A stretch of 64,000 nt of DNA from a virus (IMGVR_UViG_3300028888_000044:323539-387538), one strand, 5' to 3'; shown: positions 18,839 to 27,957, counted from the stretch's first letter. Notes: generated by a model not told the origin, from the sequence alone. Numbers and translations: made by a program.

Positions 18839-19381
18839 TTACTTCAAATACAAGTTCTCCAAACGGTTGTTGAACTTATTACCATCTTTATGGAAAAGAC
18901 GCTGGCCTTCTATTGGACCATTGAATGTTTCATAGACAAGATAACAAGCTGTAAGCTGCACTTGCCCCCAAATACAGTGGCTCAAGCGAACTATAGGATT
19001 CTTGTGGTACTTGTTTGCAGTCTGCTTCAAAACATGCTTGGTATATTTGTTGCGGATACGACCAAGGTTTGAAGCCTCATAGTTAGTAAATGGATAATCC
19101 ATTGTCCTCCAAAACTCAATTTCAACCACGTCATAGTTGCTCACAAGCCATCCATATTCATCAGAAAGATAGTTGTTGATGGCATCATAATCGTCAGCTT
19201 CAATGTAATTTGGAAGCTCTACCTCGGTTGGAAGGGTGATGTCTTCACCATCAGTCTCCCATACAATGTTAATAGCTTTATATTTACAATCCATAGTGAT
19301 ATTGTTTTTTAACGCTGCAAAGATAGGTAATAATCGGCAATGCTGCAACTTTTTTGACACCATTAACAAAACTTTAACCAA
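18839..19381 (-). CDS. HNH homing endonuclease (free-standing)
   Basis: C-terminal HKDGNKFNNRLENLYL HNH motif; immediately upstream of the tRNA-like pair. Confidence 0.55.
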   Translation of the reverse strand: MVKVLLMVSKKLQHCRLLPIFAALKNNITMDCKYKAINIVWETDGEDITLPTEVELPNYIEADDYDAINNYLSDEYGWLVSNYDVVEIEFWRTMDYPFTNYEASNLGRIRNKYTKHVLKQTANKYHKNPIVRLSHCIWGQVQLTACYLVYETFNGPIEGQRLFHKDGNKFNNRLENLYLK

Positions 19382-19435
19382 TATGTTAAATTAATGTTAA
19401 AGTACCAGAAATATTTGGAATTGTCGTGAAAAAGC

Positions 19436-19467
19436 TCTATCTTTGCAGCGAGGGAAATAGCGTACAG
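19436..19467 (+). promoter_or_regulatory. conserved box CTATCTTTGCAGCGAGGGAAATAGCGTACAGC (copy c)
   Basis: Exact reiteration; preceded by TGTTAAATTAATGTTAAAG at 19383..19402. Confidence 0.5.
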
Positions 19468-19525
19468 CAAAAAAAATGGCATCATCTCATTTCGAGATAA
19501 TGCCATTCCTTAATGATGTCAGAAC

Positions 19526-19663
19526 TTATGATACTTGAGCTTGACAATCTACGCCTTCCCAATCACACCACAAACAGTGATAGTGAATATGACCATCGTC
19601 ATAGTTATAACCGTCCGATTCAAGCTTTTCCCCACAAATTGGGCAATAACGTACTTCTTCCAT
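19526..19663 (-). CDS. small zinc-ribbon protein
   Basis: MEEVRYCPICGEKL...HCLWCDW, two CxxC pairs; boundaries approximate. Confidence 0.35.
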   Translation of the reverse strand: MEEVRYCPICGEKLESDGYNYDDGHIHYHCLWCDWEGVDCQAQVS

Positions 19664-19675
19664 AGCTTTAATTGT

Positions 19676-19996
19676 TTACTTTTCAACATGCTCTTGCTGA
19701 ATTTCACCACAGCACAACATAATGTCTCCGTAGGTGATGTCTCTTGGCTGTAACTCGTCCAAACCACGATAGCAAAGAACTTCCTCTGCAAGCTTCTTAT
19801 GCCTTACCACATACTCACGTTTTGGATACGTTATAAAGATGCGCTGTGGGGCTGTAGTATCCTCTTTGTCAGCCAACTTGCCAATTGCGAACCCATTGAA
19901 GCACTCTACGTCATAACAGTGCTCCTTATCGTCTTTGAAGAACTTCTTGTCATAAAAGACAATTTCGTCTTCGAAAATCACGTTTTTTCTTGCCAT
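19676..19996 (-). CDS. hypothetical protein
   Basis: ORF 106 aa, MARK start. Confidence 0.5.
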   Translation of the reverse strand: MARKNVIFEDEIVFYDKKFFKDDKEHCYDVECFNGFAIGKLADKEDTTAPQRIFITYPKREYVVRHKKLAEEVLCYRGLDELQPRDITYGDIMLCCGEIQQEHVEK

Positions 19997-20280
19997 AGTT
20001 TACTTGAATTTGGTTATTAGCTCAATTCTCACCGTTAGTCATAAACACTTCAATAAGCTTGGGAATAAAGCCACAAAAGGCTACAATACCGAAAAATACG
20101 AATGGATGCATCATAATAGTATTGGTTTTTATTGTTAGTACTTGTTTTTGTTTCACTGTGCAAATATAGTGCTTTTAATTGACACTGCAAACAAAAACAG
20201 TAAGTTTAACAAAAGTTTAACTGTATTGTTAAAAAATGTAAAATGGCACTTACTTGCCACTGTAAGTGCCATCGAGTCAA

Positions 20281-20853
20281 TCAAGCTCTCTTGCCTTTTG
20301 AAGTGTTGTGGGCTTGTGTGCCATACTCCTTCCAACCGAAGGTTGCAGCTACGAAAGGACGAATGCTCTTGGTGCGCTTGAAGAACTTCTCTTCGGTGTC
20401 GATAACTCCATTGACAATATCATTCACGATTCTCTCTGCCTCATCGTATGTATCAACATAACGATAGACAACATAGTTCCATCCATCGTGGTGAGCGCCT
20501 TCAGCACGAACATTGTACTTGTCTGCATAGAAGCAAACATCGTCACAACCGATACTTGTGGTGAGCACTTTATTGACGTTAGTACCAATAATCTTGGTTC
20601 CAATTCTGCGACCACACCAAAAGCCCGAATTTGCATAGGCTATAATATAACCAACCCCTTCAATATCGAGGTTTTTGACTTCATCGTCAAACCCATTCAA
20701 AATGCATTGATAGACCCTTTCATCGTCAATATCCTCAACGTCACAGTCATTGCACTCTGCAAGCATTTCGCGTGTTTCCTCAATAACCTTCTCGTCATAA
20801 CAGTCAAAACTGCTGAAAATAGTGAGCTTCACTTTCTTAATGTTCTTTGCCAT
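20281..20853 (-). CDS. hypothetical protein
   Basis: Start moved to internal MAKNIKK (20853), since the minus -7 box CAAAgaTA at 20900..20907 lies inside the longer track ORF. Confidence 0.5.
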   Translation of the reverse strand: MAKNIKKVKLTIFSSFDCYDEKVIEETREMLAECNDCDVEDIDDERVYQCILNGFDDEVKNLDIEGVGYIIAYANSGFWCGRRIGTKIIGTNVNKVLTTSIGCDDVCFYADKYNVRAEGAHHDGWNYVVYRYVDTYDEAERIVNDIVNGVIDTEEKFFKRTKSIRPFVAATFGWKEYGTQAHNTSKGKRA

Positions 20854-21016
20854 AGTTTTATTTGTTTTTAATGTTAGTAATTGTTTTAATTTCACGGTGC
20901 AAAGATAGTGAAAAAATCAATACGCCACAACTTTTTTGACACCATTAACAAAACTTTAACCAATATGTTAAATTAGTGTTAAAGTACCAGAAATATTTGG
21001 AATTGTCACCAAAAAA

Positions 21017-21050
21017 CACTATCTTTGCAGCGAGGGAAAGAGCGTACAGC
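21017..21050 (+). promoter_or_regulatory. conserved box CACTATCTTTGCAGCGAGGGAAAGAGCGTACAGC (copy d)
   Basis: Exact reiteration; 20966..20984 TGTTAAATTAGTGTTAAAG lies upstream; GTCATCAGATGGCAC + A-run lies downstream. Confidence 0.5.
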
Positions 21051-21189
21051 AACTTGTCATCAGATGGCACAAAAAAAAGGACACCCGACAGTAGTCGGAT
21101 GCCCTCCCAAACAAATCTTACTAACCTTAAAAACACGTTGTAGCTCAGATGGGACTCGAACCCATACGGTCGAATGACCAAGGGATTTT

Positions 21190-21970
21190 CTTACTACTCT
21201 TGCTTTGATACAAGCCAACTTCGTGAGTTGTTGTAGTCTGGACTATTTCTTCACCATGCCAATTTGGTTTAGGTGTTTCGTATATAGTCTCTACGCCATT
21301 TAGGATAAATATCCATTTAGTAAGCCATCGCCAAAGTTTATGTCACCATAAACAAGGTTTCTGTTTGTTAGCGAAATTCTACTTCCCAATATTTTTTATT
21401 TATTGTTTTTTCCTTTCGGAAAGGAAGCACTCTTAATGTTTAGACCTCGATAATTATCTGTTTGTGCGTGGCAATTAGGGCATAAAATTTCAAGATTCTC
21501 TAATCTATCATCGGTTGTTATTCCATTTTTATGGTGTAACTCCAATGGTATTTTTTTACCCATCCATTTTGTAAGCCCACAACATTCACATTTTTCTTCT
21601 TTAATTTGTTCTCTAAAAAGCCTATTTTTTAATTTATAAGAACTATAATGAGAATTCTCAACTAATAATTCATCGGTTTTTATTTGGCGTTTAGGATTAA
21701 ATTTTAAACCTATATTCCAACCTTTACCCGTAAAATGTGAAATATCAATTTCATACTTTTCAATAATTTTATGAAGAGTATTATAATTCCCACCACAAGG
21801 TTTTAAATTAAAAAACCTAAGCATTTCAGCAATACTATGTGAACATTTTGCTGCTTCTACATATTCTTCTTTCGTTCTTTCTTTTCTCATATCATATTAC
21901 TTTAATAATAAATAGTACGATATGAGAAAAAGTAATCACGAAATTATGACTATATTTTGGTCTTTACCAA
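21190..21970 (-). mobile_element. group I intron (781 nt) carrying an HNH ORF
   Basis: Inserted between U34 and A35 of the Leu anticodon. The 5' exon ends in U and the intron ends in G. P7 R/S-like elements GCGTAGAGACTATATACG and AAATAGTCCAGACTAC lie in the 3' 200 nt. Confidence 0.65.
21396..21890 (-). CDS. intron-encoded HNH homing endonuclease
   Basis: LELHHKNGITTDDRLENLEILCPNCH HNH motif plus CECCG zinc knuckle. Confidence 0.75.
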   Translation of the reverse strand: MRKERTKEEYVEAAKCSHSIAEMLRFFNLKPCGGNYNTLHKIIEKYEIDISHFTGKGWNIGLKFNPKRQIKTDELLVENSHYSSYKLKNRLFREQIKEEKCECCGLTKWMGKKIPLELHHKNGITTDDRLENLEILCPNCHAQTDNYRGLNIKSASFPKGKNNK

Positions 21971-22050
21971 AAGTCCCTCGCGTCTACCAATTCCGCCACT
22001 GAGCCATCATTTTTGCTATTATATAAAATAAATATAACAAACAAAAAAAA

Positions 22051-22233
22051 TTAAGCTCTTAAGGCTTCAAGTTTTTGCTCTATTGCCTTTGGTGTGATAG
22101 CTTCACCGCCACCGAAGTAAACTGTGCCGTAATAGGTGTCATCGAAAGAGTCATAGACTTCATAACGGCCATTGCCGATAAAGCTCAAGTCCACTTCTCC
22201 ATAACCTTTAACGTAATATGATGTCTTCTTCAT
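22051..22233 (-). CDS. hypothetical small protein
   Basis: ORF; start chosen at MKKTSYYVKG. Confidence 0.4.
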   Translation of the reverse strand: MKKTSYYVKGYGEVDLSFIGNGRYEVYDSFDDTYYGTVYFGGGEAITPKAIEQKLEALRA

Positions 22234-22300
22234 TGTTGTAAGTTTCAAATTAAAAGGGGTGCTTGCTTTTCTTCGGAAGCACCCCAACAGTGAAAATTAG

Positions 22301-22849
22301 TTAGCTTGCAGCTACAGTCACGACTTCAGATGCTACAGTGGGAGTTGAGTCTGCAATTGCCTCGGAAACCATAGCAACGAGCTTCTTCACATCAATGCTC
22401 TTGTCCTTGGCATTGTAAGCCGTGAGTGGAAGAGCATCCACAGCAGACTTGAAAAGTTCAAAGTCAGTGGTGACAGTGTTGTAGATGCTGTAAGCTGCGT
22501 GGTACACGCGGTCGCTTGGGTGCGCGTATCCGAAGTGTGCTCCGAAGTACTTGGCGAACTCTACGATAGCCTTGGCGGTTTCTGCGTTCCACTTCGTATG
22601 AGCTGCGACAAAGCCGCTCAACTTGTATGCGGAAGACGTACAACCTACATAGGTGAGACACGTCATTGGAACACTCATTTCGTCAGCTATCTTGATAGCC
22701 TCCTTGCAGACCTTCTTGAGAAGACCGTACTGACGAAGGTTCAACGAAGGTGCTACAGCCATAACGCGAATGGCATCATTGAGGTTCTTCTTTGCGAAGT
22801 CAGCACCAAGAATTGCACACAGATTCTCTAAAATAATTTTCTTTGCCAT
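22301..22849 (-). CDS. hypothetical Ala-rich protein
   Basis: ORF 182 aa, MAKK start. Confidence 0.5.
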   Translation of the reverse strand: MAKKIILENLCAILGADFAKKNLNDAIRVMAVAPSLNLRQYGLLKKVCKEAIKIADEMSVPMTCLTYVGCTSSAYKLSGFVAAHTKWNAETAKAIVEFAKYFGAHFGYAHPSDRVYHAAYSIYNTVTTDFELFKSAVDALPLTAYNAKDKSIDVKKLVAMVSEAIADSTPTVASEVVTVAAS

Positions 22850-22884
22850 AGTGGTAATTTGTTTTTTAATGTTAGTAAAATTGG

Positions 22885-23160
22885 TTAAAGTAAATTGTTC
22901 TCTTTGAGCAACGATTCTAAATCGGAAGTCTCAAAGACATAAGCATAGTCTTCCAACTCTCTATCGTAGCCGACATTGTGGTCAAGAACAGTGTCTGCGT
23001 CAAGCTCTCCAACTTCAGTGTCATCTACCTTTACGGTGAACTTCTCGTCAGTGAAAGGATTTTCACTATCTGCATCGAACGAGTAGGTCAAGCTAACCTT
23101 GCGTCCGTCAGCCGTATCAAAATTGATAGGCGCTAATAAAGTTTCTACAAAAAGTCTCAT
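22885..23160 (-). CDS. hypothetical acidic protein
   Basis: ORF 91 aa; minus -7 box CAAAgaTA at 23189..23196. Confidence 0.5.
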   Translation of the reverse strand: MRLFVETLLAPINFDTADGRKVSLTYSFDADSENPFTDEKFTVKVDDTEVGELDADTVLDHNVGYDRELEDYAYVFETSDLESLLKENNLL

Positions 23161-23822
23161 AATCGTGTTGTTTATTAATTTTTACACCGCAAAGATACAG
23201 GAGATTTTTGGATTTTCCAAGAAATTTTACGTCTTTAACATTATTTTAACATTTCAGTTAACAAATGTTACTGTACGATACCTAACACCCAAGAAGCCTT
23301 AAAGTACTTCAAAGCTTGGGTCGGTGTCATTGGCTTTGGTGTTTTTTCCATTGTAGGCTGTGAAGCAAGAAGCCCACGTTTGCCTCTATAGCACACCTTC
23401 CAATTTGTGAACCTTTCGGTTATTGTTACGATTTCTTTGTCCATAGTTTTATATGTTTTTTAATTTTTACGGTGCAAAGATAGTGAAAATATCAATACCC
23501 TCAAAGAAATTTCAGTTATTTAACCAGTTTTTAACATATTTGTTAATTGAATTTAACAAAAAAAAATGGACACAGTTTCACAACTATATCCATTTTATCT
23601 TTTTACCTTGTGCCACTTTCACAAGCTCGTCACACGGTAACACATCTTTCATCTTATCGAGTGTTGTGTTTTATTACACTTTTTTCATTAATTTTGCTTT
23701 TCAGTTGATAAAAATACTCGATAAAAAATCCTTTGCCATCACTCTTTCCTCTAATATAAATATATACAATTTTTTATTAAAATCAAAACTTTTTCATATT
23801 TTTTTTAATTTTTTTTTGTTTA

Positions 23823-24062
23823 TTAAATATACTCCAATACCTCACAGTAGATTCTTTCCCTCTCTTCGTCAGTCAAGACAAGCTCTTCACAGTTCTCGTC
23901 TTCGAAAGGATTACCGCACCATACACCTATTTTACCATCCTCGTTCACTACGAGACAGTCCACACGAGCACCATTGTGACGAATGTCGAAGTCACTTACA
24001 ATGATGCAGTTGTCTTCATATTCTTCAAAAAGGTTGCAAATACAAGTTTCAACACTTCCCAT
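23823..24062 (-). CDS. hypothetical acidic Cys-containing protein
   Basis: ORF 79 aa. Confidence 0.45.
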   Translation of the reverse strand: MGSVETCICNLFEEYEDNCIIVSDFDIRHNGARVDCLVVNEDGKIGVWCGNPFEDENCEELVLTDEERERIYCEVLEYI

Positions 24063-24251
24063 AACGTTACTGTTTTCTTTTTTGATGTTAATACTTTATA
24101 GTGTTGCCACACACCATCATTTACGCACTGTTTGGCAAGCTCTTCAGCTTCTTCCTTTGTTTTGAACTTCGTTGGGCTAATACACACACCTTGCTTGGTC
24201 AAAGCAATCAAGAACCATTTTTCATTTGAATTGTTATTAGTTGTTGCCATA
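23996..24251 (-). CDS. hypothetical protein
   Basis: ORF starting MATTNNNSNEKW; minus -7 box near 24272..24285. Confidence 0.45.
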
Positions 24252-24391
24252 CATCTTTGTTTTTTTTCGTGGTGCAAAGTTATGAAATTAATAGCATATC
24301 AGCAAGAAATAATACTGTATTAACAAATTTTTAACAGTATAGTTAAATCCAAGTTAAAGTGCTTAAAATATTTTGTACTCTCACTGAAAAG

Positions 24392-24426
24392 CACTATCTT
24401 TGCAGCGAGGGAAAGAGCGTACAGCT
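24392..24426 (+). promoter_or_regulatory. conserved box CACTATCTTTGCAGCGAGGGAAAGAGCGTACAGC (copy e)
   Basis: Exact reiteration followed by TTGTCATCAAAAGGCAC + A-run and a hairpin that serves as minus-strand terminator for tRNA-Gln. Confidence 0.5.
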
Positions 24427-24512
24427 ACTTGTCATCAAAAGGCACAAAAAAAGCATCGAGCATAATGCCCGATGCAAAAACATTAAAAAACAATAACTAT
24501 TAACAAAGCTTG

Positions 24513-24585
24513 TTGTCCCTCCAAGACTCGAACTCGGACTTTCAGACTCAAATTCTGACGTGCTAACCGACTACACCAAGGGACA
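24513..24585 (-). tRNA. tRNA-Gln(UUG)
   Basis: revcomp tgtccct-tg-gtgt-agtcggtta-gcac-g-tcaga-atTTGag-tctga-aagt-ccgag-ttcgagt-cttgg-agggaca-a. Canonical cloverleaf with anticodon TTG, U33 and A37. Confidence 0.8.
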
Positions 24586-24599
24586 GTGTTGAATTGCTT

Positions 24600-25390
24600 T
24601 TATAAATATATAGAAAAATAAAATATAAAGCAAATAGAAAAGAAAAAAAAAGTGCCGATGGGAGCCAACGTGCCAAGGGACGTGCGATTGTGGGGACCTT
24701 TCTCATCTTCATAGGTCCGCACCGTGCAGTGCGTAGGGGCGATTGTTGTAGCTCTCATCGGCTTTTACCCAAGGGCCGACTGTGCGGCATAGTTATGCGG
24801 CATTAACTATCCTCACTCATTTATTTTGCCGCTAATAATGAGATTATTGGAACCTTGGTTTCAATGGGCATTCTCGTGGACTCGATGGCGTAGAAAGGCG
24901 CAAGTATCTGCTTGTCGGAGTGGCACAGTGACCGCGTAAAGCGTATTATAGTTTGTGCAGACTCGGAATAATGTCTCTCGTGGGAATCGCGCAAGCATAA
25001 ACGCGCGGTAAAATGAGACTTACGTAATGCGTTGTAGCACCTTGGATAGGATATAATCGCCTATCCACGAAAATGCCCGAAAATTTTATATTTCCTTTTA
25101 GCTTGAATACCGATTTCTATCTTGTCGATGTACATAACTTGTGCGCTTGTTGAGCTAATATTATACACGCAGTTTGTTCAATGCACCAAGTATAGAAGAA
25201 ATTAACAGTTTTAATTGGGCTGTCCCCTAATGTGCTGCCTCATAGCTGTAGGATTTACAAGTTACACATACCTTTAGATTCATTTCTCAATTAATAATTT
25301 TGATTTACCCTCAAAGGGGTCGGTCTCTTGCATTCATCGGTATGTCGGTCAGTTAAGTTGTTGATTATTACCCCACTGTTTGGTTGGGCT
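24600..25390. ncRNA. candidate large structured non-coding RNA (GC-rich ORF-free island)
   Basis: About 790 nt with no ORF over 60 aa on any frame and markedly higher GC than the flanks. It has many local hairpins, e.g. gccgactgtgcggc and ggataggatataatcgcctatcc, and sits between tRNA-Gln and a promoter-driven 41-aa ORF. Confidence 0.35.
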
Positions 25391-25391
25391 A

Positions 25392-25517
25392 TCACTTTGC
25401 CCAATAACTACCCTCTTTGGCGAAGATGCTGTAACGAATCTCGTCCTTACCAAACTTGTGCGGTACTGCGAAAACGCGCTTGCTTTCTACTGCTGAATTA
25501 AAACGTCCTTTTGCCAT
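25392..25517 (-). CDS. hypothetical 41-aa protein
   Basis: MAKGRFNSAVESKRVF...; minus -7 box CAAAgaTA about 40 nt upstream at about 25558..25565; coordinates within 2 nt. Confidence 0.35.
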   Translation of the reverse strand: MAKGRFNSAVESKRVFAVPHKFGKDEIRYSIFAKEGSYWAK

Positions 25518-25611
25518 AGTTGTTAGTTGTTTTTATTTGTTTTTATTAATTTTGACGATGCAAAGATAGGGCTTTTATCGTTACCTTGCAAGAAATTTTA
25601 GGTCTTTAACA

Positions 25612-25902
25612 TTATTTTAACACTTCGTGAACAATATTCAAACTTGTTACAACTAAATGAGTGTCATTTGTATTATAAGTGCGTTCACTATACGTGTACT
25701 CACAATACATAATGTCATTGCCATCTGAATTGGTTATCTTCACAACACACTTGTTTTCATTTGGGTCAATACTCTCAACAACGATTGACAGATTTTCACC
25801 CAAAACTTTTTTTAAGTTTGCCACTAAAGATTGTGGAAGATAGGAAATAACCATTCCCACACCAATTCCCAAACGATTGAAAATATCTTGTAATACTGTC
25901 AT
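25612..25902 (-). CDS. hypothetical protein
   Basis: ORF 96 aa. Confidence 0.5.
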   Translation of the reverse strand: MTVLQDIFNRLGIGVGMVISYLPQSLVANLKKVLGENLSIVVESIDPNENKCVVKITNSDGNDIMYCEYTYSERTYNTNDTHLVVTSLNIVHEVLK

Positions 25903-26159
25903 ACCTTATTTATTATTTATGCTTGCGAATAAATACATAAGATGTAAAAGAAGCTGAAGAACATTGGTCTTTCTTTTCCTCTTCAACAATTGGAGATATG
26001 TAATAAGCATTATCCATTATCTCAAGTTTTGTTCCGTTTGCCATAGTTGTTACTGTTTTTTAATTTAGTAACACAAAGATATAATAAATAATAATCAAAT
26101 CCAAGAAATAACTGTGAAAAAATATTAATGTGAATAGATTTTAACATAAGGTACTTATT

Positions 26160-26177
26160 TAAGTACCCTATATAATA
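26160..26177. repeat. palindrome variant GGTACTTATTTAAGTACC (copy 5)
   Basis: 17/18 match to the consensus palindrome. Confidence 0.8.
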
Positions 26178-26225
26178 ATGGCTTGACGATAATCGCCAAG
26201 CCATCTATCAGCAAGTCAGAAGAGA

Positions 26226-26927
26226 TTAGGCATACACAAACGTGATTGACTTGCTTGGGTCATAATCCATAACGTCAGTGCCATCAGATGCCATCTTGAG
26301 AAGAGCGTGAATGCCTTTCGTGGTCGCTGTAATGTTCTCACCGATACGCTCGTTGAGCTGCTTGATGCCCAAACGTTTGCCATCTTTCGAGCCATAGACC
26401 ACTTCCTTGCCCTTATACATTGGATTTGCATAGAGCTGCGCTTCAACACACCCATCAGCTATCTTGTTAATGGCGGTGAGCATATCATCCATTGCATAGG
26501 CAAGCTTCTCAATGTAGCCGTAAATGTCCTTGTCAGACTTCTTCGCTATCTTCTCTATTTTCGCTGCCGCATCAGTTGCCTTGTGGTGAGCTTCCACAAA
26601 TTCCTCGAAGTGTGGCTGAATATGCTCGTCACGAACGATTGTGCGCCAAATGTTGCCCCACTGCTTGTATCCGTGACGGAAGTAAGCCATATAGCTCTTG
26701 GAAAGCTTGAAGCTCGTGTTGATGTTTGCCACTTGCATTGCCAAGAGACGCATGGCGGTGACACTGCGCTTCTTCTTCGCTGCCTTCTTCTCGGCTGCTT
26801 CTGCTGCCTTCTTCTCGGCTCTCTTCATTGCCTTGTACTCACGAAGTGATACCTTGCTTCCATCACTCAAATAGATTGTTGTCTCGTCCAAATAATCGGA
26901 CACACTGAAAGAACGATTCTTTGCCAT
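26226..26927 (-). CDS. hypothetical Lys/Ala-rich protein
   Basis: Start moved to MAKNRSF at 26927; minus -7 box CAAAgtTA at 26973..26980 (46 nt upstream). Confidence 0.5.
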   Translation of the reverse strand: MAKNRSFSVSDYLDETTIYLSDGSKVSLREYKAMKRAEKKAAEAAEKKAAKKKRSVTAMRLLAMQVANINTSFKLSKSYMAYFRHGYKQWGNIWRTIVRDEHIQPHFEEFVEAHHKATDAAAKIEKIAKKSDKDIYGYIEKLAYAMDDMLTAINKIADGCVEAQLYANPMYKGKEVVYGSKDGKRLGIKQLNERIGENITATTKGIHALLKMASDGTDVMDYDPSKSITFVYA

Positions 26928-27100
26928 AGTGCTATTGTTTTTAATGTTAGTAATTGTTTTAATTTCACTGCGCAAAGTTACGCATTTTTTTTGAATCCAC
27001 CAAATTTTTTGGCAAAAAAATGATGTCTATTAAGTTTATTTAACAATTGTGTTAAATTCAGGTTAAAGTCCTTAAAATATTTTGTACTCTCACGAAAAAG

Positions 27101-27129
27101 CACTATCTTTGCAGCGAGGGAAAGAGCGT
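27101..27129 (+). promoter_or_regulatory. conserved box CACTATCTTTGCAGCGAGGGAAAGAGCGT (copy f)
   Basis: Reiterated box, directly followed by palindrome copy 6. Confidence 0.5.
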
Positions 27130-27134
27130 TGTCA

Positions 27135-27152
27135 GATACTTAATTAAGTACC
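27135..27152. repeat. palindrome variant GATACTTAATTAAGTACC (copy 6)
   Basis: 17/18 match. Confidence 0.8.
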
Positions 27153-27320
27153 CTATTGAACAGCACAAAAAAAAGGCATCGACTTTCACAAGCCAATGCC
27201 TTTTTTCTTTTATATTCCTACTGTGCCTTTGTGGTAAAGTGCGATTCGTGCGCTCCCTCGGTACAGTAAAAATATAAATAGTTTCAAGTTTCAATTTAGT
27301 GCACTGTAGAAACTGTTTTT

Positions 27321-27809
27321 TCACTCATCATCCTCATCTTCCTCGTCAGACTGCTTATGATAGTCTTCATCATTCTCGGTGCTCCAAACAACCTTGCCAT
27401 CTTCTTGGTCATAGATTTCAATGTCATCACTGTTAGAGTCACCACGCTCATAATCGGCAACTGCTGAAGCAATAACATCGTCCAAATCGTCAGAAGAATA
27501 CAGTATATCGTCTTCTTGGCCTACAATGCGCTGACAATAGCGGTCTTGGTCTTGGTACTCATAATCGCGTGTGCGCTTCTTGTAAAACGTCTCATAAGAG
27601 TCGCTAATGCCAAGCAAATCAATCAACTGTTCGGGGTCGTGCTCGAAAAGGTCATCAAGCTCGGTCGCTTCAATTCCATCGGGGTAAGAATCTTCCAAAA
27701 GCTCTTGGAGCTTTTCAATTTCGTCCTCGGTGAAAAGGTCATAGACAATTTGAGCACCACGAGACCAATTAATATCGGTCAAATCCATTTCTTTATATAC
27801 TTTAATCAT
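27321..27809 (-). CDS. hypothetical very acidic protein
   Basis: ORF 162 aa with DEEDEDDE tail; minus -7 box at 27852..27859. Confidence 0.5.
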   Translation of the reverse strand: MIKVYKEMDLTDINWSRGAQIVYDLFTEDEIEKLQELLEDSYPDGIEATELDDLFEHDPEQLIDLLGISDSYETFYKKRTRDYEYQDQDRYCQRIVGQEDDILYSSDDLDDVIASAVADYERGDSNSDDIEIYDQEDGKVVWSTENDEDYHKQSDEEDEDDE

Positions 27810-27938
27810 ATCAGTAGAAATTAGAAGTTAATAATTATTGTTTTGATGGTGCAAAGTTAGTAAAAATATCAATACCACCCAAATATTTCATCAAAAAAAT
27901 GAAGATTATTCACATTATTTAACATATCAGCTATATAT

Positions 27939-27957
27939 GGGTACTTATTTAAGTACC
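27939..27957. repeat. palindrome variant GGGTACTTATTTAAGTACC (copy 7)
   Basis: Near-exact match. Confidence 0.8.

Larger units (their letters stand above)
21141..22005 (-). tRNA. tRNA-Leu(UAA) interrupted by a group I intron in the anticodon loop
   Basis: Exon 1 is 22005..21971: ggctcag-tg-gcggaattggtagacgc-g-aggga-ctt. Exon 2 is 21189..21141: aaaa-tccct-tggtcattcgaccgt-atggg-ttcgagt-cccat-ctgagct-a. Joined exons give a 7-bp acceptor stem with G1:U72 wobble, the Leu-type D arm GGCGGAATTGGTAGACGC, anticodon stem aggga/tccct, loop cTTAAaa (anticodon UAA), a long variable arm and a T arm. Confidence 0.75.

Noticed and set aside
21017-21050. Treating the reiterated TATCTTTGCAGCGAGGG box simply as the promoter of the downstream plus-strand gene
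   Set aside because: In most copies no plus-strand gene follows. The box faces a terminator, or a minus-strand gene or tRNA, so an ordinary promoter annotation is not justified. It is reported as a regulatory element of unknown role.
23453-24004. 183-aa plus-strand ORF
   Set aside because: Overlaps two well-supported minus-strand genes and an intergenic promoter region. The translation is low-complexity F/L/I/N-rich, typical of AT-rich noncoding frames.
26307-26849. 180-aa plus-strand ORF and several 60-80-aa ORFs (26216..26455, 26492..26710, 26555..26764)
   Set aside because: All overlap minus-strand gene 26226..26927, which has its own promoter and the genome-typical MAK start.
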